DNA of 64,000 bases from a bacterium. Lineage in GTDB: Bacteria; Bacillota_I; Bacilli_A; RFN20; CAG-826. The notes beneath the pieces were generated by a model that saw only the letters and a list, made by a program, of their open reading frames with translations, searched no databases and was not told the DNA's origin. A program made the position numbers and the translations under genes. This document shows positions 57,292 to 64,000 of the stretch, piece by piece (the first letter of the stretch is position 1; each line of letters begins with the position of its first letter). Location of the stretch: the NCBI GenBank assembly GCA_963651465.1, contig CAVJPS010000016.1:293-64292 (forward strand), written 5' to 3'.

Positions 57292-58053
57292 TTAAATAAT
57301 TTCGTGATTAACTTTATTCATTATAACTTTAGAATTTGCTGGAATAGTTTCAGTAATAAAAACGTTTGAACCAATTGTACTATGTTCACCGATTATAGTT
57401 TCGCCACCAAGAATAGAAGCACATGAATAAATTGTTACATAATCACAGACGGTTGGGTGTCTTTTAACACCTTTTAATTTTTGACCAGCACTTAAACTTA
57501 AAGCACCTAGTGTGACACCATGATAAATCTTAACATGGGTACCTATAATTGTTGTTTCTCCAATAACAATACCAGTACCATGGTCAATAAAGAAATGATC
57601 ACCAATTGTTGCTCCAGGGTGAATATCAATACCGGTATGACTATGAGCGTATTCAGTAATAATACGAGGTACAACTGGAATATTTAATTCATATAATAAA
57701 TGTGCAATACGTTGATATGAAATGGCAAACATTCCAGGATAAGTTAATATAATTTCATCATAAGAGTGTGCAGCAGGATCACTTTCATATGTAAATTCAA
57801 CGTCAGTTTCAATAACATCAATTAAACTAGTAAGCTTATCAATAAATTGACTAGCTTTTTCGTTATCGTTACAAATAGATTTTAAAAAAGCATATTTAAT
57901 AATAAGCAATTTATTTTTACGATATATTTCGCAGTCTTCATTTACAGCTTCAAAATATCCAGGAAAAATGAATTTACGACATTCAATAACGAAATCAATA
58001 ATTTCTTTTGATTTAGGTAATTCATTAAATTTTTTTAAGCATTTTAATTCCAT
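57292..58053 (-). CDS. cysE: Serine O-acetyltransferase
   Basis: GIDIHPGATIGDHFFIDHGTGIVIGETTIIG hexapeptide core typical of SAT. 10-nt overlap with cysK. Confidence 0.85.
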   Translation of the reverse strand: MELKCLKKFNELPKSKEIIDFVIECRKFIFPGYFEAVNEDCEIYRKNKLLIIKYAFLKSICNDNEKASQFIDKLTSLIDVIETDVEFTYESDPAAHSYDEIILTYPGMFAISYQRIAHLLYELNIPVVPRIITEYAHSHTGIDIHPGATIGDHFFIDHGTGIVIGETTIIGTHVKIYHGVTLGALSLSAGQKLKGVKRHPTVCDYVTIYSCASILGGETIIGEHSTIGSNVFITETIPANSKVIMNKVNHEII

Positions 58054-58949
58054 GAATAGCGATCTCCTGAATCTGGGAATATTACAACAATATTCTTTCC
58101 TTTATTTTTCTTTGCATATTTGATAGCACCTAATAATGCAGAACCCGAAGTTAATCCACAAGAAATACCTTCTTTTTTATAAATTCTACGAGACATTAGA
58201 ACAGTTTTAAATGGATCAATATTTATAATATTATCAATAACACTCTTATCTAAATTTGGTCGAGGTGCATCAAAATTATCACTTCTAGCGACGTGTAAAG
58301 CTATTTTATCTTCGTTTTTACTAGAGTCAACAGCTTCTATTCCAATTACTTGAATTGATTTAGAAACTTCTTTTAAATAACGACCACATCCACTAATAGT
58401 TGCTCCACTACCAATCGGTGCTACAAAACAATCAATTTCAGGTAATTCATCAAAAATTTCTCGACCTGTATATTTATAGTTTGCGTCTTGAGCAGAGTGA
58501 TTTTTATATTGACATACACAATAGTAATTTGGATTTTGTTTACAAAGTTCTTCAACTTTATCCATACATTCTTTCATGTTGCCGTTGACAGTAATTAACT
58601 TACCACCGTATTTTTTAATATTATTACGGTAGACTAAACCGATTGTATCAGGCATTACTTCGACAGTTTCAATTCCTAATTCATAACCAATATATGCTAA
58701 TGATATACCCATGTTACCATTTGTTGAATCAATTAAAACTGTATCTTCTTTAATTAACCCGTCGTTGTAAGCTTTTTCGATAATTTCTAATACAATACGA
58801 TCTTTAATAGATCCTGTTGGGTTAGAAGATTCAACTTTAGCATAAATGTGACAATCTAGTGATTTAAGTTCATCTAACTCAGTTAATTCGGTTAAATGAG
58901 TGCCACCAATCTTAGCACGTAATTCTTTAAGTTTGGAATCATTTATCAT
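58044..58949 (-). CDS. cysK: Cysteine synthase (O-acetylserine sulfhydrylase), PLP-dependent
   Basis: PLP lysine motif NPTGSIKDR. GSGATISG loop. 301 aa. Confidence 0.85.
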   Translation of the reverse strand: MINDSKLKELRAKIGGTHLTELTELDELKSLDCHIYAKVESSNPTGSIKDRIVLEIIEKAYNDGLIKEDTVLIDSTNGNMGISLAYIGYELGIETVEVMPDTIGLVYRNNIKKYGGKLITVNGNMKECMDKVEELCKQNPNYYCVCQYKNHSAQDANYKYTGREIFDELPEIDCFVAPIGSGATISGCGRYLKEVSKSIQVIGIEAVDSSKNEDKIALHVARSDNFDAPRPNLDKSVIDNIINIDPFKTVLMSRRIYKKEGISCGLTSGSALLGAIKYAKKNKGKNIVVIFPDSGDRYSWN

Positions 58950-59080
58950 AATAAAAACCCCTTACGAATACTTAATATACACAAAAATTGTATAAAAGTA
59001 AAACAATATCGTATCTTTTAAACTATTCTTTAACTACTTTTATTGGCGTATTGAAAGAATTAAAAAAGGGTTATAACAAA

Positions 59081-59106
59081 ATAAAAGTACTAGAAAATCT
59101 AGTACT
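59081..59106 (-). terminator. Terminator after psuG
   Basis: AGTACTAGA / TCTAGTACT stem followed by TTTTATTTT on the minus strand. Confidence 0.7.
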
Positions 59107-59114
59107 ATATACAT

Positions 59115-60014
59115 TTATTTTTTCAAGGCTTTTGCAATTTCTGCACCTAATCTAGCATTATTTAAAACCAATTCAATGTTAGCATCTAATGATTGACCTT
59201 TAGTTAATTCAACAATAGTTTTTAATAAGAATGGGGTACAATCTTTACCATGAATTCCTTGTGCGTCCATTTCTTTTAAAGCTTCATTAATTGATACGTC
59301 AATATCTTCTTTTTTAATTTCGTATTGTTCTGGAATAGGATTACATACTAATACCCCACCCTTAAGATTATTTGCTCTTTTTTCATTAATAATAGAAGCA
59401 AATTCTTCAGGAGTATCTACAGCATAATCTAATTCAAGACCAGATTTACGAGAATAAAAAGCAGGTAATTCTTTTGTCTTATAACCTAAAACCGGAACAC
59501 CTTGAGTTTCAAGATATTCAAGTGTTAATGGTAAATCAAGAATAGCTTTTGCACCAGCACAAACAACTGTTACATTTGTATTTGCTAATTCTTGTAAATC
59601 GGCTGAAATATCAAATGTTTGAGTAGCACCGCGGTGTACACCACCAATGCCACCAGTAACGAATACTTCAATTCCAGCTTGTGCAGCTAAAATCATAGTA
59701 GTAGCAACTGTTGTTGCACCCCATAATTTTTTAGCATAAATAACTGGTAAATCACGGCGTGATACTTTAGCTATACCACCACGTTTACCAAATTCTTCAA
59801 TTTCTTCGTGTGACATACCGACAACACCAACACCGTCGATAATGCCAATAGTTGCAGGAACAACTCCAGCATCTTCTAATACTTTTTCAACTCTTAATGC
59901 TGTTTCAACATTACGAGGATAAGGCATACCATGTGAAATAATAGTTGATTCAAGTGCAACAACTGGTTTGCCATTTTTAAGAGCGTCTTCTACTCTTTGT
60001 GAAATTCTAATCAT
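59115..60014 (-). CDS. psuG: Pseudouridine-5'-phosphate glycosidase
   Basis: VVALESTIISHGMPYP and GGIGGVHRG motifs typical of the PsuG/YeiN (IndA) family. 299 aa. Confidence 0.85.
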   Translation of the reverse strand: MIRISQRVEDALKNGKPVVALESTIISHGMPYPRNVETALRVEKVLEDAGVVPATIGIIDGVGVVGMSHEEIEEFGKRGGIAKVSRRDLPVIYAKKLWGATTVATTMILAAQAGIEVFVTGGIGGVHRGATQTFDISADLQELANTNVTVVCAGAKAILDLPLTLEYLETQGVPVLGYKTKELPAFYSRKSGLELDYAVDTPEEFASIINEKRANNLKGGVLVCNPIPEQYEIKKEDIDVSINEALKEMDAQGIHGKDCTPFLLKTIVELTKGQSLDANIELVLNNARLGAEIAKALKK

Positions 60015-60016
60015 AC

Positions 60017-62635
60017 TTAATCGACCTTTCCTTGATACATTTTCATAATTTCTTTTTGTCGTTTAGCATTGTGAACTTCCCAGAAATGAACAGCGATGTT
60101 CATAATTGTATATAAAGTAATATCGACGATTAACATAATAATGACAGCCGTCCAGGTAGTACTACTTAAGTCACTCAATTTAAATTTAAGAAGGTTAAAA
60201 CTATCACAATATTCATTTAATAAAATTACTGATATAGCCATAACTGATAAAATGCTAAACAATGTAGCGCGATACCAATTCAATGGTAAACACATACGGA
60301 ATAATACAACAAAACTCATTACATACATGATGACACATCCGGAAGCAACAAATGTTTGTTGATTTTCCATACCATATAATTTTTGGGTACCAAAGATATA
60401 ACACATAAATACTGTTAATGCTATTAAAACGCCTGATGGCAATGCTCGACGAATAACGTTAGCAGCAAATGATCCGGATATTTTACTTTTATTAGGTTGA
60501 AGTGCAATAAAGAATGCACCAAGACCAATAGAAATAATTTCCCAAATATACATATGTACTGTCTCAAATGGATATGGTAGAGCAGTTCCTCCTTCAAATC
60601 CAAGAGTTGTAAACATAATAGCGGTCCAAATAAGTGAGAATAACATACTAAATACTGTCTTTACTAAGAATAATGATGAAACATTTTGTAAGTTATTGAT
60701 AACACGACGACCTTCAGCAACGACATCAGGTAATACTGCAAAGTTACTATCAAGTAAAACAATATGAGCAGCATCACGTGCAGCTTCAGAACCGGCAGCC
60801 ATTGCAATAGAACAATCAGCTTCTTTTAAAGCTAAAATATCATTAACACCATCGCCAACCATAGCAGCAGTTCTCTTATGGTGACGTAAGCTACGAATAA
60901 TTGCAGCCTTTTGTTCAGGTGTAACACGTCCAAATACAGTATAGTCTCTAGCAATTGATTCAACTTCTGAAATTGATTTGCCTTCTAATGAAATATAACG
61001 TTCAGCGTATTTAACTCCAACTTGTTTTGCAATTTCACTAACAGAAGCTGGATTATCACCAGAAATAATTTTGACATCAACATCATTTTCTTGGAACCAA
61101 TTAATAGTATCTTTTGCATCGTCACGAATGTGATCGATTAATATAAACATAGCAACTAATTTTAAATCATTAGGTAATGTTCCTTTTTCGTTAATACTCT
61201 TTGAAGAATGACATAATACTAAAACACGATTACCTTTGCTTACAGCTTTATTAATTGTGTCTAGAACTTTACGATCATCTTCTTTATATAAGAAATCACT
61301 TGCACCTAAATAGAATGTGCCTTTCTCGTTAAGTGATACAGCACTATATTTACGTTCACTTGAGAAAGGTAAACGACGAGAAGATAAATATTTATCATTT
61401 AATGGCATAGCATTCATTAATGCTTGTGCGGTTTGGTTATCGTCGCCAACAGCTCTTAAATAAGAGCCCATAATTTCTTTTACAGCCTTTTTAGTATATT
61501 TATTAAAAGTAATTGTTTCATCAACACGCATTGTACCATCAGTTAAAGTACCAGTTTTATCTAAACAGATAACGTCAACACGAGCTAACGACTCAATTGA
61601 ATATAATTCTTGAACAAATGCTTTTTTCTTAGAAAGATTAATAACACCAACAGTTAAAGTCATAGAAGTAAGTAAGAACATACCTGCTGGAATCATTGAA
61701 ACTAACGAACCAGCTGTTTTACCAACAACTTCACTAATCTTAGTTGCTTTTGTATAAGCAATAACTTCACCTAACTCATTAACGTAAGTTTCTGCTTTTG
61801 CAATTTGTAACCAGTTACCAATTAATAATAATATTGCCATTGGAATGATAATAAATGAAATCCATCTAAAAATCATATTAAGGGATGTTAATAATTCTGA
61901 TTTAGGTTTAGCAATAATTTTTGCTTTCTTTTGTAATTGTTGAACAAATGTATCGTCTGAAATTTTATCAGCTTGGAACCATCCATGACCACTAGTTACA
62001 TAAGAGCCAGCAAATACTTTATCACCTGGACCTTTTTTAATAGCAACTGATTCACCAGTTAATAAAGCTTCATTGACTTCAACAACGCCATCTTTTACAA
62101 AACCATCAACGACAATTTGTTTACCAGATGATAATAAGATAATATCGTCTAGGACAATCATATTTGTACTAATAGTCATTTCTTCTCCTTCACGAAGAAC
62201 TGTACATTTTGATTCAGTAACAAGACGCATCTTTTCAATTGCAAGTTTTGCTCTGATATCTTGAACAATACCAATTAAAATATTACCGAATTGAACAACC
62301 ATGAAGAATAAGTTTGTATACTTACCAACAGCAAGCAAAGCACCTGCAATTACATATAAGAATATATTAAAAAATGTAAAGACATTGGTTCTAATAATTT
62401 CCCAATAACTCTTTGTATAGTGTTTTGCGTTTTTATTAACTAATCCGTCTTCAATACGTGAATTAACTTGTTCGTAAGTAAGACCTACTTTAGGATCTGG
62501 TTCAAAACGAACTTCGTAATATATTGATTTATCTTTATCTTTTTTATTTTTTTTCTTATCGTGTTTAACTTCAGTAGTTTCAACAATTTCTTGTTTTACT
62601 GTTTCTTGCTTTTTTAATTTAGCCACTTCAATCAT
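60017..62635 (-). CDS. Cation-transporting P-type ATPase (HAD-IC), substrate unclear
   Basis: TGES. DKTGTLT. GDGVNDILALK. 10 TM pattern. The TM4 motif reads IPAGM rather than PEGL. Lys-rich N-terminal extension. The start is uncertain, and a GTG 9 nt downstream has better SD spacing. Confidence 0.8.
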   Translation of the reverse strand: MIEVAKLKKQETVKQEIVETTEVKHDKKKNKKDKDKSIYYEVRFEPDPKVGLTYEQVNSRIEDGLVNKNAKHYTKSYWEIIRTNVFTFFNIFLYVIAGALLAVGKYTNLFFMVVQFGNILIGIVQDIRAKLAIEKMRLVTESKCTVLREGEEMTISTNMIVLDDIILLSSGKQIVVDGFVKDGVVEVNEALLTGESVAIKKGPGDKVFAGSYVTSGHGWFQADKISDDTFVQQLQKKAKIIAKPKSELLTSLNMIFRWISFIIIPMAILLLIGNWLQIAKAETYVNELGEVIAYTKATKISEVVGKTAGSLVSMIPAGMFLLTSMTLTVGVINLSKKKAFVQELYSIESLARVDVICLDKTGTLTDGTMRVDETITFNKYTKKAVKEIMGSYLRAVGDDNQTAQALMNAMPLNDKYLSSRRLPFSSERKYSAVSLNEKGTFYLGASDFLYKEDDRKVLDTINKAVSKGNRVLVLCHSSKSINEKGTLPNDLKLVAMFILIDHIRDDAKDTINWFQENDVDVKIISGDNPASVSEIAKQVGVKYAERYISLEGKSISEVESIARDYTVFGRVTPEQKAAIIRSLRHHKRTAAMVGDGVNDILALKEADCSIAMAAGSEAARDAAHIVLLDSNFAVLPDVVAEGRRVINNLQNVSSLFLVKTVFSMLFSLIWTAIMFTTLGFEGGTALPYPFETVHMYIWEIISIGLGAFFIALQPNKSKISGSFAANVIRRALPSGVLIALTVFMCYIFGTQKLYGMENQQTFVASGCVIMYVMSFVVLFRMCLPLNWYRATLFSILSVMAISVILLNEYCDSFNLLKFKLSDLSSTTWTAVIIMLIVDITLYTIMNIAVHFWEVHNAKRQKEIMKMYQGKVD

Positions 62636-62706
62636 CCCCTGTTCGATTGTTAACTTTATAATATATTAAATTTTAATTTTATTAAATACTACTATATTCT
62701 ATTTTA

Positions 62707-63165
62707 TTATTTTTTCCTTTTTTGTTTAAAAAAATCTTTCATTAAAGCACTACATTTATCTTCTAGTACTCCACCTTCAATTATTGGATGATGATTTAAA
62801 TTCCTTTGATCGAATAAGTTATATGAAGAACCTAATGCTCCACCTTTAGCATCCTTAGTACCGTAAACTATTCTTTTAATACGTGACCAAAGTAACGCTC
62901 CAGCACACATAGAACAAGGTTCAACTGTAACATATAAAGTACAATCTTCTAATCTCCAAGATTTAAGTTTACGACACGCTTTTTTAATAGCCATAATTTC
63001 AGCATGTCCTAAAGGATCGAGTTTGTGTTCTCGAGTATTATATCCTTTACCTATAACTATATTATCTTTAACAATAATAGCACCAACAGGAACTTCATCT
63101 TTTTTAAAAGCCTTATTTGCTTCCTTTAAAGCAAGTTCCATAAATTTAATATCAATATCTTCCAT
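62707..63165 (-). CDS. tadA: tRNA adenosine(34) deaminase
   Basis: HAEIMAI and PCSMCAG zinc motifs. 152 aa. Confidence 0.9.
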   Translation of the reverse strand: MEDIDIKFMELALKEANKAFKKDEVPVGAIIVKDNIVIGKGYNTREHKLDPLGHAEIMAIKKACRKLKSWRLEDCTLYVTVEPCSMCAGALLWSRIKRIVYGTKDAKGGALGSSYNLFDQRNLNHHPIIEGGVLEDKCSALMKDFFKQKRKK

Positions 63166-63190
63166 AAATATTATTATCCTTTAAAAATAA

Positions 63191-63272
63191 AACCACCGCA
63201 CATAGACAAGAAGCTTATGGCTGCTACGTTCCCGTCCTGACCAGGTTCACACTAATCTATCGCGATGGCACA
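63191..63272 (-). ncRNA. ffs: Signal recognition particle RNA, small (4.5S-type)
   Basis: The minus strand reads ...GTGAACCTGGTCAGGACGGGAACGTAGCAGCCATAAGC..., matching the universal domain IV core CCAGGUCAGGUCCGGAAGGAAGCAGCC. The ends (GCCATCGCGATAGA / TCTATGTGCGGTGG) pair and are followed by a T-run. A TATAAT box lies about 7 nt upstream. Confidence 0.8.
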
Positions 63273-63292
63273 AATATTATAACATAAAAGAA

Positions 63293-63964
63293 CTATCTTT
63301 CAATTTCTTTTGGTTCTAAAATTTTACACTCTGCTATTTTACTACGTTTTCCTTCAATTAAAACACATATAGCGTCTTTTCTAACTTTATCATAACACAT
63401 TTGTAATTTTGTAATTCTAAATCCATTTGCCAACGCACTTTTATATATGTCATTCAATCTATTAGCACGATGTAAAATATAAAATCTTCCGTTATCTTTT
63501 AAATTTCTTTTGAAACATCTAAACATATCTTCGATAGTTAAACAATCTTCGTGTCTTGCATCCTTAACTAATGAATTAACATTTTTTAAAGTAGTATTTT
63601 TAGTATTAAAGAAAGGTGGATTACAAATAATACAATCAAATTGTCTTTCATCATAAAATGTCTTAGCGTCTTGTACAAAAACATTTCCTGTTAGATTATT
63701 TAATTCTAGATTTTTCTTAGCAATTTCTATGGCACCTTCATTAATATCAATACCATTAAGTTCACTTGCTCTTTTGCTTAATGAAGCGTAAAGAAGTAAT
63801 GCACCATTGTTTGTACCTATATCTAAAACACGATCGTTTTTACGAATTGTAATAAATTCACCTAATAAATGAGTATCGGTATTAATTCTAAACATTGTTT
63901 TAGATTGAAATACTTTTATTTCATCATGGTGAGGTAAATAATCTAAAGTTAAATTGTTATCCAT
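63293..63964 (-). CDS. SAM-dependent methyltransferase, TrmN6/YfiC-like (tRNA adenine-N6)
   Basis: SAM-binding LDIGTNNG. Catalytic CNPPFF. 223 aa. Confidence 0.7.
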   Translation of the reverse strand: MDNNLTLDYLPHHDEIKVFQSKTMFRINTDTHLLGEFITIRKNDRVLDIGTNNGALLLYASLSKRASELNGIDINEGAIEIAKKNLELNNLTGNVFVQDAKTFYDERQFDCIICNPPFFNTKNTTLKNVNSLVKDARHEDCLTIEDMFRCFKRNLKDNGRFYILHRANRLNDIYKSALANGFRITKLQMCYDKVRKDAICVLIEGKRSKIAECKILEPKEIER

Positions 63965-64000
63965 AATATACCTTCTTTCTTTTATTAGAATAACATAATA

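Noticed and set aside
586-62264. Many 60-140 aa ORFs in the track lie antisense to, or nested inside, long well-supported genes. They are 586-831, 3494-3787, 8220-8468, 8556-8765, 10075-10269, 12310-12498, 14876-15121, 15105-15290, 17316-17732, 18842-19024, 21044-21235, 21417-21638, 24887-25069, 25265-25507, 31535-31738, 32064-32273, 34757-35062, 37850-38089, 44846-45103, 49664-49858, 51904-52089, 56331-56558, 58400-58588, 60096-60362 and 62073-62264.
   Set aside because: These are shadow ORFs. They fully overlap genes with clear family motifs, lack Shine-Dalgarno sequences, and have low-complexity or odd composition, as expected from the reverse frames of AT-rich coding DNA.
1-64000. CRISPR arrays, IS elements or transposases, prophage genes, rRNA or tRNA genes, and TGA-as-Trp recoding.
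   Set aside because: I saw no regularly spaced direct repeats, recombinase motifs or cloverleaf-like GC-rich segments. All large housekeeping ORFs are uninterrupted under the standard code.

Overview
This is an AT-rich, gene-dense chromosomal segment from a low-GC Gram-positive bacterium (Bacillota, Erysipelotrichia- or Mollicutes-like in style). The standard genetic code works, because all long housekeeping ORFs are intact. I call 50 CDS, 43 of them on the minus strand, plus two RNA genes. The RNA genes are the 5' part of tmRNA (ssrA, minus strand, running off the left edge) and a short 4.5S-type SRP RNA (ffs, minus strand, about 63191-63272). The core is a classic origin-proximal housekeeping set. 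Reading down the minus strand it runs trmN6-like MTase, ffs, tadA, metG, mfd, tilS, ftsH, dusB, lysS, rpsF-ssb-rpsR, gdpP-rplI-dnaB, yycJ-like MBL and rlmH. Accessory blocks are interspersed. These include a TIR-domain gene with an unknown convergent partner next to ssrA, and a secreted protein followed by two tandem fused MacB-type ABC ATPase-permeases, with a third copy elsewhere. There is also an ABC-2 pair, a lacZ / GPH symporter / membrane-anchored hydrolase cluster, and a 738-aa repeat-rich helical lipoprotein. Further blocks are a secreted permuted-papain amidase with a small membrane partner, copA with HMA domains at both ends, an asymmetric heterodimeric ABC exporter, a TetR-ADH-pseudo-M50 cluster, cysE-cysK, and psuG coupled to a P-type ATPase. 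I saw no transposase, integrase, prophage, CRISPR array, rRNA or tRNA. The best candidate for something undescribed is the minimal TIR gene plus its uncharacterised 247-aa neighbour (248-1540). This is an inference from domain content only, with no known effector nearby. Many ORF-track starts were trimmed to the ATG, GTG or TTG that has a proper Shine-Dalgarno spacing.
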